Assembly (NCBI GenBank): GCA_965601925.1
Contig: OZ271854.1
Span: forward strand, 576,001-640,000
DNA: 64,000 nucleotides
Origin: Alkalispirochaeta sp.
GTDB taxonomy: Bacteria; Spirochaetota; Spirochaetia; DSM-27196; Alkalispirochaetaceae
Reading direction: 5' to 3'
Shown piece by piece: positions 9,581 through 20,175 of this stretch. Both the position numbers and the translations under genes were made by a program. A model generated the notes under the pieces. The model did no database searches. It saw only the letters and a program-made list of their open reading frames with translations, and was not told the origin of the DNA. Position 1 is the first letter of the stretch. The number at the start of each line of letters is the position of its first letter.

Positions 9581-10828
9581 ATGGCAACGGACAAATTGGG
9601 AATTTTCGGCGCCGCAACGGGGGGTGCTATCTTCGATCTGGTACGCCGCAACGGGCCGATTACTCGGGCCCAGCTGGTGAGACGGACGGGACTTTCCAAG
9701 AGTACCGTCTCGCTCCAGACCGATCGGCTCCTACGCATGGGGCTCATACGCGAAGAGGCGAAAGAGACCGGATCCGGACCGGGCCGGCGGAGCGTTCTGC
9801 GCTTTGCCACCGACCGCGGCGTGGTGGTCGGAGTCGAGCTCGGCGCCACGAGTGTCGACATGGCGATCTGCGACCTCGACGCGGGCGTACTCGCCTCGCG
9901 ATGCGAACCCCTCGACATCGCCCAAGGCCCCGTACCGGTACTACAACGGGTGTATCAACTCGCCGATGAGCTTCTCGCCCTCCCGGCGGGCGACGAGCGA
10001 CGCCTGTTGGGAATCGGGATCGGTCTGCCCGGCCCGGTGGATATCGCGCACGGGTATGTGACGAGTCCGCCGATAATGCCGGGGTGGGACCGCTACCCGG
10101 TCCGCGACGAGGTCTCCGACCGATTCGGCGTGCCGTGCTTCGTCGACAACGACGTCAACGTCATGGCGATCGGCGAGGCGCGAGCGGGGGTCGGGAAAGA
10201 GCTCAAGGACTTTCTCTTTATAAAAGTCGGAACCGGCATCGGATGCGGAATCATCACCGATGGACAGATCTACCGCGGAGCCCAGGGCAGCGCCGGCGAT
10301 ATCGGTCATATCGCCATCGACGGCGAGACGGAGCGCTGTCCGTGCGGGAACCAGGGGTGCCTCGAGGTGGTCGCCGGCGGCGCCGCGATCGCTCGCCGCG
10401 GACGGGAGCTCGCGAAGCGCGGGGAGAGTCCCCTCCTCCAATCATTCATCGCCGGCGGCGACGAGATCCCGGGCGACATCACCGCAATCGACGTCGGACG
10501 CGCCGCAAGCCAGGGAGACGCGGCCGCGATCGACCTCGTCGTTACCAGCGGGCGCCATATCGGGTCGGTCCTGGCAAAACTCGTCAACTTCTTTAATCCC
10601 GAGATGATCATTCTGGGCGGCGGCGTCACCAACCTCGGAGACGTGTTCGTCGCGGCGATTCGCGAAATGGTCGTGAGTCGGTCAACGGCCCTCGCAACCG
10701 CCGAGCTGGTCGTGCGGCGTTCTACCTTCGGCGAGCAGAGCGGCATGGTGGGCGCCGCGGCGATGACGGTCGATGAGTTGTTCTCCTCCCGCGAGGTAAC
10801 GGAGATGGTGAAAGCCTTTCCCGGTTAA
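9581..10828 (+). CDS. ROK-family transcriptional repressor (XylR/NagC-like)
   Basis: N-terminal wHTH, DNDVN, GTGIGCG and AGDIGH...CPCGNQGCLE. Confidence 0.93.
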   Translation: MATDKLGIFGAATGGAIFDLVRRNGPITRAQLVRRTGLSKSTVSLQTDRLLRMGLIREEAKETGSGPGRRSVLRFATDRGVVVGVELGATSVDMAICDLDAGVLASRCEPLDIAQGPVPVLQRVYQLADELLALPAGDERRLLGIGIGLPGPVDIAHGYVTSPPIMPGWDRYPVRDEVSDRFGVPCFVDNDVNVMAIGEARAGVGKELKDFLFIKVGTGIGCGIITDGQIYRGAQGSAGDIGHIAIDGETERCPCGNQGCLEVVAGGAAIARRGRELAKRGESPLLQSFIAGGDEIPGDITAIDVGRAASQGDAAAIDLVVTSGRHIGSVLAKLVNFFNPEMIILGGGVTNLGDVFVAAIREMVVSRSTALATAELVVRRSTFGEQSGMVGAAAMTVDELFSSREVTEMVKAFPG

Positions 10829-10882
10829 ATGTCCTAAGATCGAACAAAAAAGATTGACATATGGTCTTTATCGACCTACGAT
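10828..10882 (+). promoter_or_regulatory. sigma70 promoter with upstream ROK-type operator
   Basis: TTGACA 10854-10859, N17, TACGAT 10877-10882. The site at 10828-10848 reads TTTGTTCG-N5-AGGACATT on the minus strand. Confidence 0.65.
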
Positions 10883-10936
10883 GTTCTCAGGCACGTCGGA
10901 AACGGCCCAATTTGTGCCGTTACGAAGGGGAATAAC

Positions 10937-12178
10937 GTGAAAATTGGATTTATTGGATCAGGATTTATTTCGAAATTTCAAGCCGACGCATTGGCGATGG
11001 TGCGCGGAGTGGAGGTCTCGGCGGTCCTCAAACGATCGAGCTCCCACGAGCTCGTGGAACACTGCACGCATATCGGCGTCGGTACGCCGAAGGAGTACGA
11101 GACCGTCGCAGACGTCGTACGGAACAGCGATGTCGTCGCGATCTACAACCCGAACCACTCGCGCATCGAGACCGTTGAGGCGATCGTCGACGCGGTGGCG
11201 GGCGGGGCCGAGCTCGCGGGGGTGATCATTGAAAAACCCTTGGGCCGCACGGTGGCCGAGGCGCGCCGTCTTGTAGAGCTCGTGCGGAAGGCGGGGCTCA
11301 AGACGGCGTACTTTGAAAATCAGATCTTCATGCGTGCGATCCGCACCCAGATGCACCAACTGCGACCGACGATCGAGGCGATGGGATCACCCTCCCTCGT
11401 CCGGAGCGCCGAGGAGCACGGCGGCCCGCACGCACCGTGGTTTTGGGATCCCACGCGCCTGGGCGGCGGCGTGCTCATGGATATGGGCTGTCACAGCATC
11501 GCCGTCGGCCAGTTCTTGTTGACCCCGCCGGGAAAACCGCTCGACTTTCTCGAGCCGGTGTCCGTCTCGTGCGACACGAGTCTTCTCAAATGGGGCTCGT
11601 CGCCGTGGCGGGAGGAGCTCTTGAAGCGTACCGGCATCGACTACGCCAAGACGCCGGCGGAGGATTTTGCGACCGGCATCGTGACCTATCGTAACCCCGA
11701 GACGGGGCGACTCGTCAAATCGCAGTTTACCGACTCATGGATGTACGAGAAACAGGGACTCCGACTCCTGATGGACGGCATGGGTCCGGGGTACGCCTTC
11801 GAGGTCAACTCGCTGCGTTCCCCCGTTGAGATTTTCATCGGCGACGCCGCCGCGGAGTCGCTAGCGGACGCCGAGACGGCGCTCGAAAAATCCACGGCGA
11901 CGCGCGGGCTCTTGGCGGTCCAACCTAACGAGGCCGATCTCTACGGTTACGTCGACGAGAATCGCGACGCCGTGGAGAGCTTCGCGGCGGGGAGAGACGC
12001 ATTTCTCCCCTGGGAGTTCGGTCTGGAGATCACCCGGCTCCTTATGGCGGCGTATTACTCCGCCGAGACCGGCGCGGTGGTCGATATGACCGATCGACGA
12101 ACCGTCGATGCACTTGAGGAGTTTGTACCCGCGATTCAGCGGGGAGAAGGCTCGCGCATCCTCTCAGGGCGCGCATAA
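10937..12178 (+). CDS. Gfo/Idh/MocA-family NAD(P)-dependent oxidoreductase
   Basis: IGFIGSGFIS, EKPL and GGGVLMDMGCH. Confidence 0.9.
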   Translation: MKIGFIGSGFISKFQADALAMVRGVEVSAVLKRSSSHELVEHCTHIGVGTPKEYETVADVVRNSDVVAIYNPNHSRIETVEAIVDAVAGGAELAGVIIEKPLGRTVAEARRLVELVRKAGLKTAYFENQIFMRAIRTQMHQLRPTIEAMGSPSLVRSAEEHGGPHAPWFWDPTRLGGGVLMDMGCHSIAVGQFLLTPPGKPLDFLEPVSVSCDTSLLKWGSSPWREELLKRTGIDYAKTPAEDFATGIVTYRNPETGRLVKSQFTDSWMYEKQGLRLLMDGMGPGYAFEVNSLRSPVEIFIGDAAAESLADAETALEKSTATRGLLAVQPNEADLYGYVDENRDAVESFAAGRDAFLPWEFGLEITRLLMAAYYSAETGAVVDMTDRRTVDALEEFVPAIQRGEGSRILSGRA

Positions 12179-12203
12179 TATCGAATCGTACGAAGGAGGA
12201 GTT

Positions 12204-13250
12204 ATGGTACGACGAATCATTTTTTCGGTGTTGATCGTGGTGGGAACGGCCGGTCTCGTCTTTGCGGGCGGCCAGGACGAGGGCGACGGCTTTGTCGTCG
12301 GCATTAGCAATCCCTGGGTCGGTAGTGAGTGGCGAACGCAGATGGTCGACAACGTACTCGCCGCGGCGCAGCCGTATATCGATTCGGGCCTGATTCAAGA
12401 GGTGATCGTCCAGAGCTTCGATACGACCCTCGAGGGGCAGATCGACCAGATACGGAATCTTATGAGCGCCGGTGCCGATCTCATTCTCGTCAATCCGGCG
12501 GACGCCAGAGCCTTCAATCCGGTCATCCGAGAGGCGGCCGCTCGGGGCGTGATCGTCATCGGTACCGACACGGAGCTCGCCTCCCCCGACGCGATTAACG
12601 TCGCGATCGATCAGAGCGAGTGGGCACGCATATCGGCGCGTTGGCTGGCGGAAAAGATCAACTACGAGGGGAACGTCGTCACGATCAACGGCATCGCCGG
12701 CCATCCGGCAAACACGGCCCGCGTCGCGGGGTACCAAGACGTCTTTGGGCAATATGAGGGGATCACCATTCTCAACGAGACCAACGCGGACTGGGACAAC
12801 GCCCGAGGGCAGGCGACGATGCAGAGCCTCTTGGCGACGTATCCCGACATCGACGGTGTGTGGGTCCAGGACGGCATGGCCGAGGGCGCCCTCAGAGCGT
12901 TGCTGGCCGCCGATCGCCGCGACATTCACGTAACCGGCGAAGCGCGACTCGGGTATCTCAGATTGTGGGACGACGAAGGAATCGACGGTATCGGTGTGGC
13001 GAACCCGCCGGGAGCGATGACCAGCGCCTTCTACGTCGGACTGCATCTTCTTCGCGGCCGCGAGTTGCGTGAAGAGGTCCTCGCCGGCCCGTACGGCAAT
13101 ACGATCTACGTGCCGATTCCCGTGGTCGTGACCAACGTCAACTTCGACACGATCTTCGACGCTCATACCGACTATCCGGACTTCTATTCCGTCGACGGCC
13201 ACCTCACCGAGGCGCAGGCCGGTCAGTACTTCGCTCCCGAGGCGGAGTAG
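12204..13250 (+). CDS. Monosaccharide (CUT2) ABC transporter substrate-binding protein
   Basis: AGGAGG SD, signal peptide ending FAGGQ, RbsB-like fold (YPDIDGVW). Confidence 0.88.
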   Translation: MVRRIIFSVLIVVGTAGLVFAGGQDEGDGFVVGISNPWVGSEWRTQMVDNVLAAAQPYIDSGLIQEVIVQSFDTTLEGQIDQIRNLMSAGADLILVNPADARAFNPVIREAAARGVIVIGTDTELASPDAINVAIDQSEWARISARWLAEKINYEGNVVTINGIAGHPANTARVAGYQDVFGQYEGITILNETNADWDNARGQATMQSLLATYPDIDGVWVQDGMAEGALRALLAADRRDIHVTGEARLGYLRLWDDEGIDGIGVANPPGAMTSAFYVGLHLLRGRELREEVLAGPYGNTIYVPIPVVVTNVNFDTIFDAHTDYPDFYSVDGHLTEAQAGQYFAPEAE

Positions 13251-13276
13251 CCGAAAAAGACACGGAAAGGCTCCCG

Positions 13277-14770
13277 ATGAACGACGTACTACACCTGACC
13301 GAGATTGAGAAGCGCTACGGCAACGTCCGGGCCTTGGACAAGGCGGAACTGCGACTCCGCGCCGGAGAGGTACACGTCCTGTTGGGAGCCAACGGGTCGG
13401 GCAAGAGCACCCTGAGTAAGATTATCGTCGGGGTGGTGCGGCCGGATCGGGGCGGTATGGCCCTGGACGGTCGCCCCTTTGCTCCCCACGGCCCCGACGC
13501 CGCGCGGCGCGAGGGTATTGCGGAGGTGTATCAGGAGATGAGTCTCGTACCGACCCTCACCGTCGCGGAGAACATCACCCTCGGCTCATCGGAAGATCGG
13601 CCGAGCCTCCTCGTCGACCAAAACCGGATGCACGAATCGGCGCAACGCGCCCTCGACTCGTTCGCAGGCGTCTTTGACACGGAGCGCTGCCGGCCCGACG
13701 CGACGGCGGGGAGTCTCCCCCCGGACGAGCAGCAGATCGTCGAGATACTCAAAGCGCTCCACCGCAAACCACGCATCCTCATACTCGACGAGGCGACCGC
13801 AAGCCTCCGAGGGCGTCAAGTCGAGCGACTCTTTACGGTTGTCGAAGAGCTGAAGCGTACGGGATGTGCCGTCGTGTTCATCAGTCACCGGATGGAGGAG
13901 ATCTTCCGCATCGGAGACCGCGCCACGGTACTGCGCAACGGACGCACGGTAGGGAGCTTTGTCCTGGCCGAGTCGAACCGCGAGGAGCTCCTCGCCGCGA
14001 TGGTGGGGGAAGCGGTCGAGGAGCGGGAGCGCTCGCCGGACGTCGGCGGCTCGAACGCAGAGCCACTCTTGTCCGCTACCGATCTCCGCTGCGCCGGCGT
14101 GCGGGGCGTCTCATTTACGCTCCGGCGCGGCGAGGTGTTGGGGCTGAGCGGCCTACAAGGTCAGGGACAGAGCGAGCTTCTACGCGCCCTGTTCGGTGCC
14201 GAGGGAGCGGTGGACGGAGAGATCGAACTCGACGGAGATACCGTACGGATCGCCCATCCGGCCGACGCGGTGCGACGGGGAATCGCGTTCGTGACCGGCG
14301 ACCGAAAGCGATTCGGTATCTTCCCCACGCGAGCAATCCTGGAGAACCTTGCAGTCGTCGGAATCCGCACGCGTCGTTCGGCGATCTTTTCCCGCCGCTC
14401 CGTCGCACGATGGGTACAACCGGTGGTCGGCCGACTGGAGATTGTCTTCTCTCGCCTCGCCGCGCGTATCGTCTCCCTCTCCGGCGGTAATCAACAGAAG
14501 GTGATTATCGGCCGCTGGCTCCTTACCGCGCCGCGCGTCCTCCTCATGGACGATCCGACCAAGGGTGTCGATATCAAGACTAAAAACGAGCTGTACGACG
14601 TCGTGGCGCAGATGTGCGCCGAAGGGGTGTCGGTGATTTGGAGCTCCAGCGAGGATCGCGAGCTTCTGGACGCCGCCCATCGCGTACTCGTGATGCGCGA
14701 AGGACGCGTAGCGGCGGAGCTGCAAGGTGAAAAGCTGAATGCCTATGAACTATACAACGCCGCTCTCTAA
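13277..14770 (+). CDS. CUT2 sugar ABC transporter ATP-binding protein (fused double ABC)
   Basis: GANGSGKST, ILDE and LSGGNQQKV. Confidence 0.93.
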   Translation: MNDVLHLTEIEKRYGNVRALDKAELRLRAGEVHVLLGANGSGKSTLSKIIVGVVRPDRGGMALDGRPFAPHGPDAARREGIAEVYQEMSLVPTLTVAENITLGSSEDRPSLLVDQNRMHESAQRALDSFAGVFDTERCRPDATAGSLPPDEQQIVEILKALHRKPRILILDEATASLRGRQVERLFTVVEELKRTGCAVVFISHRMEEIFRIGDRATVLRNGRTVGSFVLAESNREELLAAMVGEAVEERERSPDVGGSNAEPLLSATDLRCAGVRGVSFTLRRGEVLGLSGLQGQGQSELLRALFGAEGAVDGEIELDGDTVRIAHPADAVRRGIAFVTGDRKRFGIFPTRAILENLAVVGIRTRRSAIFSRRSVARWVQPVVGRLEIVFSRLAARIVSLSGGNQQKVIIGRWLLTAPRVLLMDDPTKGVDIKTKNELYDVVAQMCAEGVSVIWSSSEDRELLDAAHRVLVMREGRVAAELQGEKLNAYELYNAAL

Positions 14771-15749
14771 GGTGCGCTCGCTCTTTCGTCGCGACGTCCT
14801 GAAGCGCCGCCCCTTTGTATTGAGCGCCGTAGTGGCCGCCGCACTGGTCGTCCTGATCGCCGTGGTGGAGCCGCGCTACCTCAGCCCCTTTGAGTTGAGT
14901 ATCAAACTGCGCATCTGGATGCCTCTCGTCATGGCGGCGGTCGGACAGACCTTCATCATCCTCGGCGGCGGCATCGATCTGTCGGCGGGGACAATGATCG
15001 CCATGATCAACGTGACGACGGTTCGTGTGCTGACCGGCCTCGGGGGAGACGGCCTCGCGATAACGGCGGGTCTCGCCGCCGGCCTCGCCGTTGCGATCGT
15101 TGCCGGAGCGTTCAACGGCTTTGTCGTGGCCTTTTTGAGGATCCAGCCGATTATCGCGACCTTCGCCACCAGTGTACTGTGGCAGGGGATCGCGTTGTGG
15201 ATCATGCCCCAGTCGGGGGGCGAGGTTCCCATGGCGGTGTACGACGTCTACGCCGGCCGGTTTCTCTTTCTTCCCAGCTCGGTTTGGATGCTCGCTTTGC
15301 TTGCCGTCGTCTTTCGGCTCCTCGCCAGATCGCGCTTCCACGTTGAGTTGAGGGCAGTGGGCGGCAATATGACCGGAGCGTACGAGAGCGGTCTGGCGGT
15401 TGTGCGTATTCGTATCGCGAGCTACGTGATCGGGGCGGTCTTCTTTGCCGTGGCGGCGTGGCTCATCGTCGGTGAAACGATCACCGGCAACCCGTTGGCC
15501 GGTCAAGGCTATGAGTTGGAGTCGATCGCCTCGGCGGTTATCGGCGGCGTCGCCCTCTCCGGCGGATTCGGTGCCCCGGTCGGCAGCGTCTTCGGCGCCT
15601 TCGTGGTGAAGCTGGTAAACGACGTGATCTTCTTCCTTGGGATTCCGGTAACCTTTCAGCGCCTCATGCAGGGCGTCATCATCATCGCCGCCCTCGCCGC
15701 CGGTGCCATGCTCACCGGAGCGACCAAGGCGACGCGGAGGGAACGATGA
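14739..15749 (+). CDS. Sugar ABC permease (RbsC-like)
   Basis: GGIDLS and ELESIASAVIGG; multi-TM. Confidence 0.92.
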   Translation: MPMNYTTPLSKVRSLFRRDVLKRRPFVLSAVVAAALVVLIAVVEPRYLSPFELSIKLRIWMPLVMAAVGQTFIILGGGIDLSAGTMIAMINVTTVRVLTGLGGDGLAITAGLAAGLAVAIVAGAFNGFVVAFLRIQPIIATFATSVLWQGIALWIMPQSGGEVPMAVYDVYAGRFLFLPSSVWMLALLAVVFRLLARSRFHVELRAVGGNMTGAYESGLAVVRIRIASYVIGAVFFAVAAWLIVGETITGNPLAGQGYELESIASAVIGGVALSGGFGAPVGSVFGAFVVKLVNDVIFFLGIPVTFQRLMQGVIIIAALAAGAMLTGATKATRRER

Positions 15750-16693
15750 AACGACCGAACGTAGATGCGACACTCCTCGCAGCGGTTGCGACCGGTGCGC
15801 TCCTGTTCATCGGGCAGATCGTCTCTCCGGGCTTCGCTTCGCCGCGGCAGATCGTGAATCTCCTGACCGTCGCCGCCTTTCTCGGCATCGTCGCGGCCGG
15901 TCAGTCCTTGGTCGTGATCGCCGGCGGAAGCGGCATCGATCTCTCGGTCGGCAAGGTCGTCACGCTGGGAGCTATTATCGGCGGCGCGGTCATGAACGGG
16001 AACGACGAGCGCGTACTCCTGGCATTGGGGGTCGTAGCGGCGGCGACGTTTCTCGTCGGACTCGCAAACGGCGCCGGTGTCGCCTACTTGGGCATTCCCC
16101 CGTTGGTCATGACGCTGGGAATGAGCATCGTCGTGGCGGCGATCAGCCAATTCATCACCGGCGGCGTGCCGGTCGAGGGCGCCCCGGACGCCCTCAAAGG
16201 GGTCGTCATCGGGCGACTCTTCGGCCTCCCGGGAATTCTCTTTTGGTGGCTCCTTTTGGGCGTAATCGTCACCGTCGTCCTGCGCAACACGCGCTACGGT
16301 ACCTACCTCTACGCGTTAGGGTCCAGCACGAGCGCGGCGTTTCTGTCGGGGATACGCGTCCGTCCGACGCGGATGGTAACGTACGGCGTGTGCGCCGCGA
16401 TCGCGGGGCTTGCGGGCTTCCTCTACCTCGGTTACGTCGGGAGCGTCTACAACGTCACCCTCGGCGACCAGTATATGTTGGCCTCTATCGTCGCGGTGGT
16501 GATCGGCGGGATCTCGCTCTCAGGGGGTGTCGGTTCGTATCTCGGCGTCGCCGTCGGGGCGGTGCTCCTGCAAGTGCTGGAGAGCGTGCTCATCACGATC
16601 AACATCGAGCAGTTCGGTCGCAATATCATCTTCGGGTTCGCCCTCCTCCTCCTCTTGCTCGCCTATGGCCGTGAGCGCCGCCTGAGACAGTAG
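15746..16693 (+). CDS. Sugar ABC permease (RbsC-like)
   Basis: GIDLSVG and LASIVAVVIGG; ATGA overlap with the previous gene. Confidence 0.92.
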   Translation: MKRPNVDATLLAAVATGALLFIGQIVSPGFASPRQIVNLLTVAAFLGIVAAGQSLVVIAGGSGIDLSVGKVVTLGAIIGGAVMNGNDERVLLALGVVAAATFLVGLANGAGVAYLGIPPLVMTLGMSIVVAAISQFITGGVPVEGAPDALKGVVIGRLFGLPGILFWWLLLGVIVTVVLRNTRYGTYLYALGSSTSAAFLSGIRVRPTRMVTYGVCAAIAGLAGFLYLGYVGSVYNVTLGDQYMLASIVAVVIGGISLSGGVGSYLGVAVGAVLLQVLESVLITINIEQFGRNIIFGFALLLLLLAYGRERRLRQ

Positions 16694-16827
16694 CGCCGCC
16701 GAACCGTCCGGCCGCGTTGCGCCGGCCTTCCCGGATCGGTGTCCGAACAGCCGAAAACGCGTCCCTAACGCAAGAAATGGGTTTTCGGCGATCAGGCAAT
16801 CGACAGGGACACCGTATTCGATAGCCT

Positions 16828-16891
16828 TTGACGAATACACAATGCTACCATACTATGAATGCGGTCGAGTTTATTCATCCAATGAACAAAC
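16828..16891 (+). promoter_or_regulatory. sigma70 promoter plus downstream ROK-type palindromic operator
   Basis: TTGACG 16828-16833, N17, TACTAT 16851-16856. GTTTATTCA-TCCAA-TGAACAAAC at 16869-16891. Confidence 0.7.
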
Positions 16892-16922
16892 GCGTTCCGC
16901 GGGATGAACCAAAGGAGGAGTT

Positions 16923-18200
16923 ATGAAACGACTGACGGTTGGTATTGCATTGATGCTGGTAAGCGCATCGCTGGTATTCGCCGGAGGGCAGGGAGAACAG
17001 CAAGGGGCGGACGATGCGGTCACCCTTACGATCGAGAGCTGGCGCAACGACGATCTACGAATTTGGCAGGATCAGATCATTCCCGCCTTCAATGCTCGCT
17101 ACCCCGACATTCAGGTCCTATTCCAGCCGCTTCCCCCGGCGGAGTACAACGCGGCGCTCAACGCGAGGCTGGAAGGCGGCACCGCCGGAGACCTCATTAC
17201 GGCGCGACCCTTCGATGCGTCCTTGGCGCTCTATCAAGCGGGGTATCTCGCCGAGCTGTCGGATCTCTCCGGGATGGAAAACTTCTCCGACGTCGCCAAG
17301 AGCGCGTGGATGACCGACGACGGATCGGAAGTCTTCGCCGTTCCCATGGCTTCGGTCATTCACGGTTTCATCTATAACGCCGAGATATTCGCGGAGCTCG
17401 GTCTGGACGAGCCGGAGACGGTAGACGAGTTTTTCGCCGTTTTGGATGCGATTCGCGCGGACGGTCGTTGGGAGCCGTTGGCCATGGGTACCAACGACCT
17501 ATGGGAGGCGGCGACGATGGGGTTTCAGAACATCGGTCCCAACTTCTGGGGCGGTGAAGTCGGGCGACGGGGGTTAATCGACGGAACCGAAGCGCTCACA
17601 GACGGACAGTACGTCGCGGTGTGGGAGCAGCTCTCGCGGTGGGGCGAGTACATGCCGTCCGGTTTTCAGGCCCAGACCTATCCCGACAGCCAGAATCTCT
17701 TTACGTTAGGTCGCGCGGCGATCTACCCCGCGGGCTCTTGGGAGATTTCGCTCTTCAACGAGCAAGCGGACTTCGAGATGGGGGTCTTTCCGCCGCCGGT
17801 ACCGGCCGCGGGCGACACACTCTACATCTCCGACCACACCGATATCGCCCTGGCGATGAACGCCGCCACCGAGCATCCCGAGGAGGCGCGGCTCTTTCTC
17901 GAATGGATGACGACCGCGGAGTTTGCCGAGCTTTACAGCAACGCGCTCCCCGGCTTCTTCAGTCTCGCCGACGTCCCGATCGCATTGGACGACCCGATGG
18001 CCCAGGAGTTCATCAGCTGGCGGGGCCAGGGAGAGAGCACGATTCGTAACAGCTACCAAATCCTGAGCCGCGGCGAGCCCAACTTGGAGAACGAGCTATG
18101 GGTCGTGTCCGCGCAGGTCATCAACGGCGAGATGACGCCCGAGGAGGCCGCCAGACGCACGCAGGCGGGCCTCGAGAGCTGGTACGCTCCCCAACAGTAG
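16923..18200 (+). CDS. Oligosaccharide (CUT1) ABC transporter substrate-binding protein
   Basis: AGGAGG SD, FAGGQ N-terminus, SBP family-1 pattern (GFIYNAEIFAELGL.EPET). Confidence 0.9.
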   Translation: MKRLTVGIALMLVSASLVFAGGQGEQQGADDAVTLTIESWRNDDLRIWQDQIIPAFNARYPDIQVLFQPLPPAEYNAALNARLEGGTAGDLITARPFDASLALYQAGYLAELSDLSGMENFSDVAKSAWMTDDGSEVFAVPMASVIHGFIYNAEIFAELGLDEPETVDEFFAVLDAIRADGRWEPLAMGTNDLWEAATMGFQNIGPNFWGGEVGRRGLIDGTEALTDGQYVAVWEQLSRWGEYMPSGFQAQTYPDSQNLFTLGRAAIYPAGSWEISLFNEQADFEMGVFPPPVPAAGDTLYISDHTDIALAMNAATEHPEEARLFLEWMTTAEFAELYSNALPGFFSLADVPIALDDPMAQEFISWRGQGESTIRNSYQILSRGEPNLENELWVVSAQVINGEMTPEEAARRTQAGLESWYAPQQ

Positions 18201-18215
18201 CGGTGCCGTTAGCGG

Positions 18216-18252
18216 AGTCGGCGCGATCCTTTCGCGGTTCGCGCCGGCTTTT
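18216..18252 (+). terminator. Stem-loop after the SBP gene (partial terminator or mRNA stabiliser)
   Basis: AGTCGGCGCGA...TCGCGCCGGCT followed by a short T run. Confidence 0.55.
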
Positions 18253-18307
18253 CCCGTAGAGCGGGCTGCGCGGCGGCGCGGTAGGAAACGCGGAACGAGG
18301 TGGTAGG

Positions 18308-19225
18308 TTGCGCAACAAACGTCTTCGATCGTACATCGCAGTGTTCCTTGCTCCCGCCGTCATCATTTACTCCCTATTTCTCATCTATCCGCTTATCGGG
18401 TCCTTAAGCCTCAGCTTTTTTGCCGACGCCCCCGAAGGTGGGCGCGTGTTCGTCGGATTCGACAACATTCGGCGCCTTCTTACCGACGACCGATGGGCGC
18501 CGGGGTTTTGGAACGCCGTGGGCAACAACGTGCTTTTCTTCGTGGTCCACTTTCTGGTGCAAAATCCGATCGGGCTCCTATTGGCGACGCTCCTCACGGC
18601 GGGACGAGTGAGGGGACGCGGCATGTATCGCACGGTCCTGTTTATGCCGACGATGCTATCGGTCGTAATTGTGGGATTCATTTGGCAGCTCATACTGTCG
18701 CCGCTATGGGGCGTCGCCGAGGGATTTCTCACCGCCATCGGCCGCGGGGAGCTCTTTCAACCGTGGCTGGGCCTTCAGAATACGGCACTGATTACGCTTT
18801 CGCTCATTTCGGTGTGGCAGTTCTACGGCATCCCCATGATGCTGTTTTACGCGGCGCTCATCGGCATACCGCGCGAGCTGACCGAGAGCGCGTTCGTAGA
18901 CGGAGCGGGGAGTTGGAACGTCTTTTGGCGTATTAAGTTTCCCCTTATCCTCCCGGTTCTGGGGGTCGTGACGGTGTTGACCTTCGTTGGAAACTTCAAT
19001 GCATTTGATCTCATCTATACGACGCAGGGTGTGCTCGCGGGGCCGGATTTCAGCACCGATATTCTGGGGACCTATTTCTTCAGAACCTTCTTCGGCCAAC
19101 AGCTTCAACTCGGCAACCCCACCATGGGAGCGACGGTCGCAACGATGATGTTCGTCATCATTCTTTCGGGGGTACTGGCCTATATGTTTGCGTGGCGACG
19201 CAGGGTGCAGACCTATGAGTTGTAG
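18308..19225 (+). CDS. CUT1 ABC permease (MalF-like)
   Basis: FVGFDN and the EAA loop ESAFVDGA. Confidence 0.92.
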   Translation: MRNKRLRSYIAVFLAPAVIIYSLFLIYPLIGSLSLSFFADAPEGGRVFVGFDNIRRLLTDDRWAPGFWNAVGNNVLFFVVHFLVQNPIGLLLATLLTAGRVRGRGMYRTVLFMPTMLSVVIVGFIWQLILSPLWGVAEGFLTAIGRGELFQPWLGLQNTALITLSLISVWQFYGIPMMLFYAALIGIPRELTESAFVDGAGSWNVFWRIKFPLILPVLGVVTVLTFVGNFNAFDLIYTTQGVLAGPDFSTDILGTYFFRTFFGQQLQLGNPTMGATVATMMFVIILSGVLAYMFAWRRRVQTYEL

Positions 19226-19234
19226 GGACGGTCG

Positions 19235-20074
19235 GTGATGCGACGCGGTAGCGTCCGCCTCGGTTCGGTGGCGACCCACGGCCTCCTCTCGTGCGCCGTA
19301 CTGATCGCCGGATTTCCCATTTTTTTGGTCTTTCTCAATAGCTTCAAGACGCGCCGCGCGATCTTTGAGGGACCGTTACGCCTTCCCACCGCGGAGACGT
19401 TCAGCGTACAGGGGTTCGAAACCGTGTTTCAGCGCTCGTCGTTTCCGAGTTACTATCTCAATAGTGTGCTGGTAACGACGATATCCATGGCGATGGTGGT
19501 CTTGTTCGGCGCGATGGCCGCGTGGGCGTTGAGTGAATATCGCTTTAAGGGTAATCGCCAGATGAGCCTCTATTTGGCGATCGGCATCATGATCCCGATC
19601 AGAATCGGTACCGTCGCGATTCTTCGCCTCATGGTGAGCCTCGGGCTGGTAAACACGCTCTTATCTCTCATATTGGTGTATACCGCCCAGGGCCTGCCGC
19701 TGACGGTCTTCATCATGCAGCAGTTCCTCTCCCAGGTTCCTCGGGCGATGAAGGATGCCGGGAGAGTCGACGGGGCGAGCGAATACCGCATCTTCGCTCT
19801 CATGCTCCCCATGGTCCAACCGGCCCTGGCGACCGTTGCGGTCTTCACGATAATTCCGATTTGGAACGATCTCTGGTTTCCTCTCATTCTGGCGCCGAGC
19901 GAGGCGACCAAAACGGTCATCCTCGGAGCGCAGGAGTTTCTCGGTCAATTCGTCTCCGATTGGAACAGCGTACTCTCGTCCCTCTCGCTCGCGATCTTTC
20001 CGGTATTGGTGCTATATATACTCTTCTCGCGCCAGCTGATCGAGGGACTGACCGCGGGCTCGGTGAAGCAGTAG
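19235..20074 (+). CDS. CUT1 ABC permease (MalG-like)
   Basis: DAGRVDGA, WNDLWFPL and GLTAGSVK. Confidence 0.92.
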   Translation: MMRRGSVRLGSVATHGLLSCAVLIAGFPIFLVFLNSFKTRRAIFEGPLRLPTAETFSVQGFETVFQRSSFPSYYLNSVLVTTISMAMVVLFGAMAAWALSEYRFKGNRQMSLYLAIGIMIPIRIGTVAILRLMVSLGLVNTLLSLILVYTAQGLPLTVFIMQQFLSQVPRAMKDAGRVDGASEYRIFALMLPMVQPALATVAVFTIIPIWNDLWFPLILAPSEATKTVILGAQEFLGQFVSDWNSVLSSLSLAIFPVLVLYILFSRQLIEGLTAGSVKQ

Positions 20075-20175
20075 CGATACGGCGGGATAAAGGCGGCCGA
20101 TGGAGTACGCGTCCATCGGCCGACGCGTGGTGACGGTACGGCGTCATGATCGAAACCGGCGGAAGGAGGAACGTC

